Assembly (NCBI GenBank): GCA_963829525.1 | Contig: CAWHIJ010000003.1 | Coordinates: forward strand, 448,001-512,000 | Source of the DNA: an uncultured Actinomycetota bacterium | GTDB taxonomy: Bacteria; Actinomycetota; Actinomycetes; JAHEKZ01 | Direction: 5' to 3' | Length of the DNA: 64,000 nucleotides | Part shown: positions 44,953 through 54,760 of the stretch, piece after piece | How positions within the stretch are numbered: the stretch's first letter is position 1 | How the letters are laid out: each line of letters opens with the position of its first letter | The notes under the pieces: model-generated | Told to the model about the DNA's origin: nothing | The model's database searches: none | What the model saw: the letters and a program-made list of their open reading frames with translations, nothing else | Position numbers and translations under genes: made by a program

Positions 44953-45183
44953 TGACGGGTCCCCGTGAACTGATCCACGGTGTGTGAGAGTCATTCATTG
45001 GTGGGTGCAGAGGCCGCGTAGTGGGCTGGTGTTCGCTAGCCCAACGATGAGTGCCTGCGGTGGTGGTTGTATTCGTCCTTGCAGTCGCCGATCACGACCC
45101 TGGCGTGTGCCAGGGACCAGAACAGGTTGATGTTCAGGCATTCGTCGCGCAGTCGTCCGTTGAACGATTCGATGTAGCCGAAG
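44953..45183 (-). mobile_element. IS3-family remnant (transposase C-terminus plus right end)
   Basis: GYIESFNGRLRDECLN...YNHHRRHSSLG integrase-core tail, a premature TAG, and an IS3-like terminus ...GGGGACCCGTCA. Confidence 0.8.
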
Positions 45184-45552
45184 CGGCTACGTTCACGTCC
45201 CTTCGAGCGGTGTAACTGGGGCGCTGAACCTGGTCGGCTTTGCGGTGATGCTGGTTGGACTGTCGCCCGTCGAGGGACGAGGGCGTGATCGCCCACGGCT
45301 CTCACCCGTGAACTTCGACAAGCAGACCGCTGCACTCGTCTTGCACCGTGCCTGTGACCGTTGGCCCGGCTGGCGGTAAGTGTTGCTGGAACCGTTGGCA
45401 ACTTGGATTCCGTGTTCGCGTCGGGTCGCAGTGGTGCATCCGGATCTTGTTCGCGCCGGGACTTCGTCTTGGGGGTCGTTCTGCACACCTGTTGTTGTGA
45501 GGTCGGCGCGATGTGCGTCGGCCCGTGACGGGTCAGGGCGGTGGGCGCGGTG

Positions 45553-48510
45553 ATGTCGATGCACCGCCTGTCGGCCGGGAACGGCTTCCGGTATCTGCTG
45601 AACACCACCGCCACGTCTGACGTGGAACGTACGCCCGGGCTTCCGTTGGTGGAGTACTACGCGGAATCGGGGAACCCACATGGACGCTGGGTCGGCGGCG
45701 GACTATCCGGTCTAGGTGAGGGTCAGGGCATCCCGGTCGGCACTGAGGTGTCCGAGGCAGCGATGACCGCAGTGTTCGGCCACGCGGCCGACCCGGTGAC
45801 GGGGTCCGCACTTGGTCGGCCGTTTCCCACGCGGACCGGGGTCGACGGCGTAGCCCGCCCGTCCGGTGTGGCGGGCTATGACCTGACGTTCACGGTCGTG
45901 AAGTCGGTCAGTGTGTTGTGGGCTCTGGGGGACGAAAACACACGCACTGTGGTGACGGCCGCACACCACGCGGCGGTCACCCAGACCCTGGCAGCGTTGG
46001 AGGACCGGGTGGCCGCGACCCGGGTTGGACATGGCGGCGCAAGCCGCGTGGCAACCCGCGGAGTCATCGCGGCGGCTTTCGACCATCCCGACACCAGGCA
46101 CGGTGACCCAAACCTGCACACCCACGTGGTGGTCGCCAACCGCGTCCAGGCCGCCGACGGTCAATGGCGGACTCTGGACGGCCGAGTCATGTTTGCGGCT
46201 GCGGTGGCGTTATCGGAGACCTACGACGGCCTCCTCGCCGACGAGCTCGCTCGAAGGCTTGAGGTTGGTTTCGGGTCGCGCGACCGCGGTCCCAGGCGGT
46301 CCGCGGCGTTCGAGGTCGACGGCATCGACGAGGAGCTCCTCGCGCTGTTCTCCACCCGTGCCCGAGACATCGACGGCCACTTCCAAGACCTGCTGGTCGA
46401 CTTCCATGTCGACCACGGGAGGGGGCCGTCGCGGGTCGAGGCGATCCGCCTACGGCAGACCGCGACCTTGGCTACTCGTCCCATCAAACGCGCCCGCGCC
46501 TGGGCCGACCTGCTGACCGAGTGGGGCCAACGCGCACGCCTGTTCACCGGGCGCGCCCCGAAAGATCTGCTCGCGGAAGCCCTAAATGGCACCTACGCCC
46601 GGTCGCTGCGGGCGCGCGACATCGGCCCGGGCTCCCGCCAAGACCTCGCCGGATTGGCGGTCGTGGGGGTGCAAGCCAGGAGATCAACGTGGAACGGGTG
46701 GAACCTCGAAGCCGAGGTTGCGCGTCTCACCAAGCCCCTACGATTCGCGACGCCGCGCGATCGTTTGGAGGTTCACGCCAGCCTCGTCGCAACCGCCCAA
46801 GACACCTGTGTCGCCCTTCACGACGCCGACAGCGTAGTTGACCGGTGGACCGCGATGGCGCGGCGCTGGACATCGCCGGCGATCCTGGACGCCGAGTCCC
46901 GCCTGTTGAACGCCGCGACCACCGGGGTCGGGCCAGCCGTCGATGAACGGCTCGCGTCGCGGGTGGCGGCCGCGACGACCTCAGCCCAGGACCTGCCCAG
47001 GTCGCTATCTGATCGCGGTATCGGGCGACTCTCACCCGATCAGGCCGCAGCGCTCGTGGCGGTGTGCACGTCCGGGCACGGAGTGCAGGTCCTCGTCGGC
47101 CCCGCCGGATCGGGGAAGACCACCACCCTGAAAGCCATCAAGGGCCTGTGGTCGATGGACCGTCGCAACACCGCCGGGGTCATCGGGCTGGCGCCGTCCG
47201 CGGCGGCCGCCCAAGAACTCAGCACGGCCCTGGGGGTGCGGTGTGAGACCACCGCGAAGTGGCTGCACGAGACCATCGGCCCTGGCGGGCAACAACGCGC
47301 CGCGACCCTCACCGCCTTGACTGACGGCTCTCAGCCCCGAACGACATCAGGTAGTCGGGCCGATGCCCGAGGTCAGGTCGCCTGGCGGCTACGCGGCGAG
47401 CAGGCCCGGTGGCGGCTCAAGGCCGGGCAGCTGCTCATCGTCGATGAGGCCACCCTCGCCGGCACCCTGGACCTGGACCACCTCTTGAGCCAAGCCCAAG
47501 CCGCCGGCGCCGGGGTGCTGCTGGTCGGCGACCACCATCAGCTCAGCGCTGTCCAGGCAGGCGGCGCCTTCGGGCTCCTCGCCCGCCGGACCTCCCCCGC
47601 AGAGCTGACTGGGCTGTGGAGATTCGCCGACCGTTGGGAGGCCCGAGCCACCCGCCTACTGCGCCACGGACACCCCGACGCGCTGGACGCCTACGACACC
47701 CACGGCAGGCTCCACGCCGGCACCCGTCAGCAGATGATCGAAGACGCTTACCAAAGCTGGCGAGTAGACCATGACGCCGGGCGCGAGTCGCTGCTCATCG
47801 CCGCGGACAACGCCACCGTCCTGGAACTGAACACCCGGGTTCGAACCGACAACATCACCGCGGGTCGGGCCAGCGCAGCAGGGGTCGATCTCGTCGACGG
47901 AAACACCGCCGGGGTCGGCGACCGGGTCATCACCCGAGATAACAACCGCGCCCTGCCCGATGGCAAAGGCGGGCACATCCACAACGGCGACACTTGGACG
48001 ATCACCGCCCTCGGCGACGACGGCTCAGTCACCGTCACCCCCGCCCAGTCGGTCTCGGGTCAGCCGTGCCGTCCGGTGCGACTCCCCGGTGGATACGTGG
48101 CCGAGCACGTCGACCTCGGCTATGCGATCACCACTCAACGCGTCCAGTCCAGAACCGTCGACACCACCCACGTCATCGCCACGCGCGGCATGAGTCGCGA
48201 ACACCTTTACGTCGCCCTCACCCGGGGACGAGCCGACAACCACGCCTACACCCCTCTCGATACAGGCTCCGGAGTTGACATCGAAGAGCCGCACCTGCGA
48301 GCCGACGGCGCCAGCTTGAACGAAACAGGTTGCGATGTCCTCAAGCAGATCCTCGCCACCAGCAGCGCCGAACCCTCCGCCACCGAATCGCTCGAGTCCG
48401 GGCGCTATCCACAAACCGCTCCCCGGCCCAGGCTCCGTCCACAGAATCAGCCGAACACCTTGCCGCTACCCACCTCCCCGGGTCCAGATGGACCCGGGCT
48501 CACCCGCTAA
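45553..48510 (+). CDS. MOBF (TrwC/TraI-like) relaxase-helicase
   Basis: N-terminal Y...YY (FRYL, EYYAE), GYDLTF..KSVS.LWA, HPDTR.GDPNLHTH HUH motif; RecD-like GPAGSGKTT, VDEA, GD..QL, YVALTRGR. Confidence 0.92.
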   Translation: MSMHRLSAGNGFRYLLNTTATSDVERTPGLPLVEYYAESGNPHGRWVGGGLSGLGEGQGIPVGTEVSEAAMTAVFGHAADPVTGSALGRPFPTRTGVDGVARPSGVAGYDLTFTVVKSVSVLWALGDENTRTVVTAAHHAAVTQTLAALEDRVAATRVGHGGASRVATRGVIAAAFDHPDTRHGDPNLHTHVVVANRVQAADGQWRTLDGRVMFAAAVALSETYDGLLADELARRLEVGFGSRDRGPRRSAAFEVDGIDEELLALFSTRARDIDGHFQDLLVDFHVDHGRGPSRVEAIRLRQTATLATRPIKRARAWADLLTEWGQRARLFTGRAPKDLLAEALNGTYARSLRARDIGPGSRQDLAGLAVVGVQARRSTWNGWNLEAEVARLTKPLRFATPRDRLEVHASLVATAQDTCVALHDADSVVDRWTAMARRWTSPAILDAESRLLNAATTGVGPAVDERLASRVAAATTSAQDLPRSLSDRGIGRLSPDQAAALVAVCTSGHGVQVLVGPAGSGKTTTLKAIKGLWSMDRRNTAGVIGLAPSAAAAQELSTALGVRCETTAKWLHETIGPGGQQRAATLTALTDGSQPRTTSGSRADARGQVAWRLRGEQARWRLKAGQLLIVDEATLAGTLDLDHLLSQAQAAGAGVLLVGDHHQLSAVQAGGAFGLLARRTSPAELTGLWRFADRWEARATRLLRHGHPDALDAYDTHGRLHAGTRQQMIEDAYQSWRVDHDAGRESLLIAADNATVLELNTRVRTDNITAGRASAAGVDLVDGNTAGVGDRVITRDNNRALPDGKGGHIHNGDTWTITALGDDGSVTVTPAQSVSGQPCRPVRLPGGYVAEHVDLGYAITTQRVQSRTVDTTHVIATRGMSREHLYVALTRGRADNHAYTPLDTGSGVDIEEPHLRADGASLNETGCDVLKQILATSSAEPSATESLESGRYPQTAPRPRLRPQNQPNTLPLPTSPGPDGPGLTR

Positions 48511-48535
48511 CCAACGCAACGAGAAGAGAGCCGAC

Positions 48536-48754
48536 ATGCCACGGTCCGCCGCCACCGCTGACAGCACCTGCGTCCTGCTCACCGTCGAGCAGGCCGCCCA
48601 CCGCCTCGGGATCGGACGCACCATGGCGTTCGCGCTGATCGCACAAGGGCGGCTGACGACCGTCCGGATCGGCCGCCTGCGCCGCATCCCCGTCGAGGCC
48701 CTTCCGGAGTTCGTGGAATCACTGAGTCATGGTGAGCCGTGCGACCCTAAGTGA
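48536..48754 (+). CDS. xis: Excisionase-like HTH protein
   Basis: LLTVEQAAHRLGIGRT...LI..G.L..VRIGRLRRIP pattern; directly upstream of the integrase. Confidence 0.85.
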   Translation: MPRSAATADSTCVLLTVEQAAHRLGIGRTMAFALIAQGRLTTVRIGRLRRIPVEALPEFVESLSHGEPCDPK

Positions 48755-48781
48755 CGTACGGCCGTTCAGAATGGATTGCAG

Positions 48782-49987
48782 ATGAGCCCTCCCGAATCAC
48801 AGCAACAGGGCGCGACGGGTCGCCGTGGAAGCGTGAAACAGAGCGCGAACGGCACGTGGTTCTTCGTGGTCGATACCACGCCCGAGGGCGCGCCGACTCG
48901 AGAGCAGACTCGCCGACGCGGCTTCGCAACGAGACGGGCTGCTCAAGCTGCCTTGACCAAAACCCTTCGAGACTTGAGCGACCAAACCTACGTCCTGCCC
49001 CTGAGGCAAACCTTCGGTGAATACCTGACCGCAACCTGGCTCCCGGCGATTCGCTCCACCGTTCGTCCCAGCACGTACGACAGCTACGCGCGCAACATTC
49101 GCATCCACGTGACGCCGAAGAGTCTCGCGACTGTTTCCGTGCAGCAGGTGCAGGCTCCCATGCTCAACGCCTTGTACGCAGATCTGCTCGAAGGCCAGCA
49201 CCGACGGCCGCTGTCGCCACGATCAGTGTCGTACGTGCACACGATCCTGCACCGAGCCCTGCGCGACGCCGTCCGATGGAATCTGTTGGCACGAAACCCC
49301 AGCGACTTCGCCGACCCTCCCCGGGCTCGGCCATCGGAGCAGGTCCGCGAACGAACCTGGACCAGCATCGAGGTCGCGCGATTCCTCAAGGCCACGTCCG
49401 CCAGCCGGCACTCCACACTCTGGCGCTTGTACGCCACCACCGGGTTGCGGCGCGGGGAAGCACTCGGGCTGCGATGGGACGACATCGATCTCAGCGGCGG
49501 ACGGCTGTCGGTCAACCGAACGCTCGTTCAGAGCCACGACTACGCCCGCGGGGACACCGGTCTGAACTGGGGTACACCCAAGACAGCCCGCGGCCGACGG
49601 ACGGTCGCACTAGATCCCGACACCGTCTCCGCACTGCGAGCGCACCGCGCTCGCCAGCTCGAGGAACGACTGCGGGCGGGCTCCGGCTACGACGACCAGG
49701 GCTTGGTGTTTTGCAGCCGCGCAGGGGAACCGCTCCACCCGAAAGTGATCTCCAACTTGTTCCGCAAAGCCGTGCAACGCCACGACATGCCTTACCTCTC
49801 GGTGCACGGCCTACGGCACACGTGGGCGACTCTCGCGCTTCAGGCAGGCGTGCACCCGAAGATCGTCCAGGAGCGACTCGGCCACTCGACGATCTCGATC
49901 ACCCTCGACATCTACAGCCATGTGAACCCGGCGATGGACGCCGAAGCCGCCAACACCGTCGCGGCACTCATCCGTCGCGATTCATGA
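48782..49987 (+). CDS. int: Tyrosine recombinase / integrase with N-terminal arm-binding domain
   Basis: RRRGF.T...A arm domain; catalytic R (TGLRRGE), K (PKT), HGLRH, LGHS and Y (DIYSH) all intact. Confidence 0.95.
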   Translation: MSPPESQQQGATGRRGSVKQSANGTWFFVVDTTPEGAPTREQTRRRGFATRRAAQAALTKTLRDLSDQTYVLPLRQTFGEYLTATWLPAIRSTVRPSTYDSYARNIRIHVTPKSLATVSVQQVQAPMLNALYADLLEGQHRRPLSPRSVSYVHTILHRALRDAVRWNLLARNPSDFADPPRARPSEQVRERTWTSIEVARFLKATSASRHSTLWRLYATTGLRRGEALGLRWDDIDLSGGRLSVNRTLVQSHDYARGDTGLNWGTPKTARGRRTVALDPDTVSALRAHRARQLEERLRAGSGYDDQGLVFCSRAGEPLHPKVISNLFRKAVQRHDMPYLSVHGLRHTWATLALQAGVHPKIVQERLGHSTISITLDIYSHVNPAMDAEAANTVAALIRRDS

Positions 49988-50086
49988 CACGTCCCGCACA
50001 GAGCGGGCGCGGTCACGGTCGTTTTCGGAGGGTCGCTCAGTTCCTGTGACCAATCCTGTGACCAAAGGGCCGATTTCGGCCCTAAA

Positions 50087-50131
50087 CCAGTCAGCCGGTG
50101 CCTCTGACCTGCGGAGACACCGGCTGACTGG
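50087..50131. terminator. Element-borne hairpin directly downstream of tRNA-Pro
   Basis: CCAGTCAGCCGGTG / CACCGGCTGACTGG, 14-bp perfect inverted repeat. Confidence 0.65.
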
Positions 50132-50133
50132 CG

Positions 50134-50207
<74 letters not shown>

Positions 50208-50256
50208 CCAAAGCCTGGTCAGCCTACCGAACCGTGGGCAACCGCCCGAAATCGCC

Positions 50257-51141
50257 TCAATCGGCTGGCACGAGGGTGAGCAGTGTTGCCTCAGGTGGGC
50301 AGGCGAACCGGATCGGTGCTGTCGGTGATGTGCCGAGACCGGCTGAGACGTGTAGCCAGGCGTCACCTCGCACGTGCAGCCCACTGGCTTGAGAAGTCGG
50401 CAGGTCGCAGTTGGTGACGAGCGCCCCGAAGCCAGGGAGGCGAAGTTGGCCACCGTGGGTGTGACCGGCAAAGATCAAGTCGAAGCCGTCGCCAGCCATG
50501 GAGTCTACGACGCGCAAATAGGGCGCGTGGGTGACGCCAATGCGCAGGACGCCATGCTCGGGTGCGCGGTAGGTGACATCCGCGTAGCGGTCCAGGCCAA
50601 GGTGAGGATCGTCGGTACCCGCGGCAGCGATCCTCTGTTGCCGCACCTTGAGGTCGGCATCGTGGTTGTTGAGATCAATCCATCCTCGCGAAACAAACCC
50701 ATCGCGAAGGGCCTTCCACGGCAACGGCTCTCCGAGGATCCGGCCGCCCGAATCTGGCAATAGGTATCGCGCGGGGTTCTTCCACACCGGCCCGTAGTAG
50801 TCGTTCGACCCCATGACGAAGACACCGGGGATGTCGAGCAGGGGATCAAGGGTCTTGAGCACAACCGGGACGGCGTCAGGATGTGCCAGGTTGTCACCCG
50901 TGTTGACGATGAGGTCGGGCTCGAGAGCCGCAAGTTGACGCACCCACGCCGCCTTTCCCTTCTGACGAGGGATCAGGTGCAGATCGGACAGGTGCAGAAT
51001 CCGTAGTGGTTCGGCTCCTTCGTCCAGCGTCGGAACTGTGATTCGGCGCAGACGGTATTGGTGGGCCTCCCACGCGGCATAGGCGATGCCGGCCGTCTGG
51101 GCTGCGACAGCGGCTGCGAGAAGTCTTCGGCCTCGGGACAC
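50257..51141 (-). CDS. Metallophosphoesterase
   Basis: SDLH, TGDN, GSND.Y, THAP, GHTHGGQ and VSAGLG motifs. Confidence 0.9.
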   Translation of the reverse strand: MSRGRRLLAAAVAAQTAGIAYAAWEAHQYRLRRITVPTLDEGAEPLRILHLSDLHLIPRQKGKAAWVRQLAALEPDLIVNTGDNLAHPDAVPVVLKTLDPLLDIPGVFVMGSNDYYGPVWKNPARYLLPDSGGRILGEPLPWKALRDGFVSRGWIDLNNHDADLKVRQQRIAAAGTDDPHLGLDRYADVTYRAPEHGVLRIGVTHAPYLRVVDSMAGDGFDLIFAGHTHGGQLRLPGFGALVTNCDLPTSQASGLHVRGDAWLHVSAGLGTSPTAPIRFACPPEATLLTLVPAD

Positions 51142-51184
51142 AGAAATAGTGTGACACCTAGGCTGTCTAGGCGAAGATGGAGGC

Positions 51185-51637
51185 ATGAGCCTCAAGGAGC
51201 AGTTGCACGCGGATCTCACCGACGCGATGCGGGCCAAGGACGACGTTCGGCGTTCGACCCTGCGCATGGTCCTCACCTCTGTTACCAACGAGGAGGTGGC
51301 AGGCAAGCAGGCTCGTGAGCTTTCCGACGACGAGGTGCTGAAAGTGCTGGTCCGCGAGCTGAAGAAGCGCAAGGAAGCTGCCACCGCATACACCGACGCC
51401 GGACACCCCGACCGTGCGGACTCCGAGCTCGCTGAAGCCGCCATCATCGAGGCCTATCTGCCAGCCCAACTTGCCGATGAAGAGCTCGCTGCGTTGGTCA
51501 CCTCGGCGATCACCGAAAGCGGAGCATCCGGCCCTCAGGCGATGGGGCAGGTGATGAAGTCAGTTCAGCCGAAGGTCGCTGGGCGCGCAGATGGCGGACG
51601 AGTTGCTGCCGAGGTCAAGCGCCAGCTCAACGGTTGA
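51185..51637 (+). CDS. GatB/YqeY domain protein
   Basis: L..AMRAKD...TLRM, KKRKEA...Y, YLPAQL, MGQVMK, GRADG. Confidence 0.92.
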   Translation: MSLKEQLHADLTDAMRAKDDVRRSTLRMVLTSVTNEEVAGKQARELSDDEVLKVLVRELKKRKEAATAYTDAGHPDRADSELAEAAIIEAYLPAQLADEELAALVTSAITESGASGPQAMGQVMKSVQPKVAGRADGGRVAAEVKRQLNG

Positions 51638-54137
51638 TCCCACAGGGGTCAGTTGTTGCCGGGGGGCCGGTGCCGTTGTTGTTTCCGGTGTTTCCGTTCC
51701 CTGGGTTACCGTCGGAGTTACCCGGAGCCGCCCCGCCGCCGCTACCCCCGGTGTCGGTTCCGCCGTTGTTCTGATCGGCCCCAGTCTGCTTCGTTTGCGA
51801 TGGCGATGGCGATGGCGAGGGAGAGGGTTCGGGCGGTGGGGGGACGCCGGTGCTCAGGTAGAGCGTCACCGTGGCCCCTGGCTGCACGCTGTACCCCGCG
51901 CTCGGACTGGTGTAGGCGACGGTCCCCGCAGGCTGGTAAGAAGCGACCTCGGTCTCGGACACGATGGACTTCAGATTCAGCGCGTCGAGCTGCTTGACCG
52001 CCTCCTCCGGCGTGAGCCCCGCGAGCGATGGCAGCGAGAGCTGCGCGCCATCGATCAGCTCGGGGTCGATGGGAACGAAGGACTCGATCGGAAGGTCGGC
52101 GATCGCGCCACGCATCGCAATCTCCCAGATCGGTCCCGGTAGCGTGCTGCCAGCCCAAGCCGACTCGTAAACGCCATTGATTGTCACGTTCGCCATGGGG
52201 TTGTCACTCGGTGCAACAGGACTCCCTGTCCAGACCGCAGCCGCCATGTTCGGCGTGTAGCCCGCAAACCAAAGGGCTTGGAAGTCGTTGGTCGTTCCCG
52301 TCTTGCCCGCTGTGGGGCGGTCGAGGTACATGTTTGCCGCCGTGCCGTTCTCGACGACTCCCACCAAGACGTCGTTGACGGCGTCGGCGACCTCAGGTTT
52401 GATCACCTGCTCGCAGTCGGGCTTGGGAACGTCGAGTTTTTCCTTGTCCAGCGTCCGAATGTCGGTGATCACCCGCGGCTCGCAGTGCAGCCCGCGTGCG
52501 GCGAAGGTGGCGTATGACTCTGCGAGCGTCAGTGGTGACATGCCGAACGATCCACCGATGACGCCGGGGGTCACCTGCATGGCCGTGCTGTCAACCGGTG
52601 CGTCGCCGGCCTCGTAGCCGTCTCCGTTGCCAGCTGCGGTAACTCCAGCGCGTGACGCGACATCCCAGATGTTGCACAGGCCAGTTCGCTTCGCCAATTC
52701 GGCGAAGTAGGTGTTGATCGACAGGGCGGTGCCCTCGTACATCGTGTAGCTACCTGCCGGTGCGGTGCTGTAGTTCGTGACCGGCCAGGTGTCTTGAGTG
52801 TTGCCGCCACAGTCCTGGTAGCTGCCGTAGGGCATCACGCGAGATGACGGCGAGACGATGACGTCGTCCATTGCCAACCCCTGCTCGATCGCGGCGGCGA
52901 TGGTGAAGATCTTGAACGTCGACCCGGGCTGGTTCCCGTTCGTTCCTGAGTACTGACTGTCGACTGAGTTGTTGATGTAGCTGGCGTCCTTGCCCGGCCC
53001 GTACTTGAGGTTCTGGGTCATGGCCGTGACGTTGCCGGTGCCTGGTTCCATCATGGCGATCGCTGCAACCCGGCCGCTTGGATCTCCGGTCGGCAGGTAG
53101 GCCTCAATCCCCTGTTGTGCAGACTTCTGGTCCTTCATCTCGAGGGTGGTGCGGATCGTCAGCCCCCCGCCGTAGAGAAGCCGGTGACGGTCGCTGCGCG
53201 TGGCACCGTACGCGGGATCGCTCAAGAATCTCTGCTCGACGTAGTCACAGAAGAACGGAGTGGGGGAGACGAGGCATCCCCGGGTGAGGTCGCTTGGCTT
53301 CAGCATCTTCTTCAGCGGCTTCTTGGCGAACTTGTCTGCCGTCGCCTGGCTGATCATGTTTTCATCGGCCATTCGCTGCAGCACGAAGTTGCGGCGCTCT
53401 TCGCTCTCCTTCGGGTTGACGAGCGGGTCGTAGAGAGAGGGGAACTTGACGATTCCGGCCAGGGTGGCGGCTTGGCCGGCGTTGAGCTGGTCGGCCGGAA
53501 TGGAGAAGTACCGCTTGGCGGCAACCTCAATGCCGTACGCCTGCGAGCCGAAGTAGGCGATATTGAGATAACCCTCGAGAATTTGTTTCTTGCTCCACTC
53601 CTCCTCCAGCCCAAGCGCGTAGCGAAGCTCACGCAGCTTTCGGGTGACGGAGTCCTCGCTTGCCGCCTTCCGTTCCTCGCGGGTGTCTGCGGTAGCGGCT
53701 AGAACATTCTTGACGTACTGCTGGGTGATCGTTGAACCACCTTGGGTGACTGCCCCGGCCCGAGTGTTGGCGATGAGCGCACGGAGCGTGCCGCGGACAT
53801 CGATACCGTTGTGTTCGTAGAAGCGAGCATCCTCGATCGCGACGATTGCGTCCTGCATCCGTTTGGAGATCTTGTCCATCGGTACGTAGATCCGGTTCTG
53901 GCTGTAGAAGGTAGCCAGGACCGTTCCATCTGCTGCAAGGAGTCGGGACCGTTGTTTCAGGGGTGGCACACTCAACTCGGCGGGAAGCGCCTCGAAGTTC
54001 TGGGCGCCCCGCTTCGCGGTCAGCCCGACCAAGCCGATCGCAGGGAGTGCGATCCCGGCGACCAAGACGCCAGCAACAGCGCTGAGCACGATGAAGAGCA
54101 GCGTCCGGGAGCCGGCGCCGTCAGACGGGGAAGCCAC
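51627..54137 (-). CDS. ponA: Class A penicillin-binding protein (PonA2-like) with PASTA domain
   Basis: AIEDARF..H.G.D, GGSTITQQYVKN, RKLRE; STFK, SIN and KTGT transpeptidase motifs; low-complexity tail. Confidence 0.93.
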   Translation of the reverse strand: MASPSDGAGSRTLLFIVLSAVAGVLVAGIALPAIGLVGLTAKRGAQNFEALPAELSVPPLKQRSRLLAADGTVLATFYSQNRIYVPMDKISKRMQDAIVAIEDARFYEHNGIDVRGTLRALIANTRAGAVTQGGSTITQQYVKNVLAATADTREERKAASEDSVTRKLRELRYALGLEEEWSKKQILEGYLNIAYFGSQAYGIEVAAKRYFSIPADQLNAGQAATLAGIVKFPSLYDPLVNPKESEERRNFVLQRMADENMISQATADKFAKKPLKKMLKPSDLTRGCLVSPTPFFCDYVEQRFLSDPAYGATRSDRHRLLYGGGLTIRTTLEMKDQKSAQQGIEAYLPTGDPSGRVAAIAMMEPGTGNVTAMTQNLKYGPGKDASYINNSVDSQYSGTNGNQPGSTFKIFTIAAAIEQGLAMDDVIVSPSSRVMPYGSYQDCGGNTQDTWPVTNYSTAPAGSYTMYEGTALSINTYFAELAKRTGLCNIWDVASRAGVTAAGNGDGYEAGDAPVDSTAMQVTPGVIGGSFGMSPLTLAESYATFAARGLHCEPRVITDIRTLDKEKLDVPKPDCEQVIKPEVADAVNDVLVGVVENGTAANMYLDRPTAGKTGTTNDFQALWFAGYTPNMAAAVWTGSPVAPSDNPMANVTINGVYESAWAGSTLPGPIWEIAMRGAIADLPIESFVPIDPELIDGAQLSLPSLAGLTPEEAVKQLDALNLKSIVSETEVASYQPAGTVAYTSPSAGYSVQPGATVTLYLSTGVPPPPEPSPSPSPSPSQTKQTGADQNNGGTDTGGSGGGAAPGNSDGNPGNGNTGNNNGTGPPATTDPCGINR

Positions 54138-54451
54138 GTCTACAGGTTAGGTCAGGGAGCTGCGATCTCGGACATTGGCGGGCCACGGTGCGCGGGGAGA
54201 CGCTCAGCTCTAGGCACTCTCTGCAACCGGCAAACTACCTAAAGTGAGAAATTTGCGGCCGTTTGGCTTGTCCATAGTCCCAATGGGCCAGGGCAGTTCC
54301 CCCATCCGGGGCCTTTTGGCGAAGGGCTTACTATCTCTACCGTGAGCGATCACACCGCGTAGCGGAATCTGGTAATGGCTCCGCAGGCAGTGACGATTTC
54401 GGTTACAGAACGTGGTGGCCCGGGGTCGGGTCATCAAGGGGGAGGGGACCC

Positions 54452-54760
54452 ATGGCGTGGATTGAGGATTGGTCGGCTCGTGCGGCTTGCCGTTCAACGG
54501 ACCCAGATGCGCTTTTCGTCCAAGGTGCAGCCCAGAACCGGGCTAAGGCTCTGTGCTCGGGGTGCGTCGTGCGCACCGAGTGCCTCGCCGATGCGCTCGA
54601 CAACGAGGTCGAGTTCGGGGTCTGGGGTGGAATGACCGAGCGCGAGCGGCGTGCGCTGTTGCGTCGACGTCCGAATGTCACGTCGTGGCGACGTCTCCTC
54701 CAGACCGCCCGCGACACCTACGAAGAGCGTGATGATCGAGGGGTTCGCGTCGCTGGCTAG
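54452..54760 (+). CDS. whiB4: WhiB4/WblA-like Fe-S transcription factor
   Basis: Four Cys, DPDALFVQGAAQNRAK, GVWGGMTERERR; divergent from ponA. Confidence 0.92.
   Translation: MAWIEDWSARAACRSTDPDALFVQGAAQNRAKALCSGCVVRTECLADALDNEVEFGVWGGMTERERRALLRRRPNVTSWRRLLQTARDTYEERDDRGVRVAG

Noticed and set aside
45036-45614. 192-aa ORF as an intact IS3 transposase
   Set aside because: Only the last ~47 residues are transposase-like. The rest is antisense to the oriT region and relaxase start.
51660-51840. Short tandem repeats at the 3' end of ponA
   Set aside because: They encode an ordinary Pro/Ser/Gly/Asn low-complexity tail typical of actinobacterial class A PBPs.
54341-54355. CRP site upstream of whiB4 (CGTGAGCGATCACAC)
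   Set aside because: Half-sites are separated by 4 bp rather than the 6 bp CRP requires.
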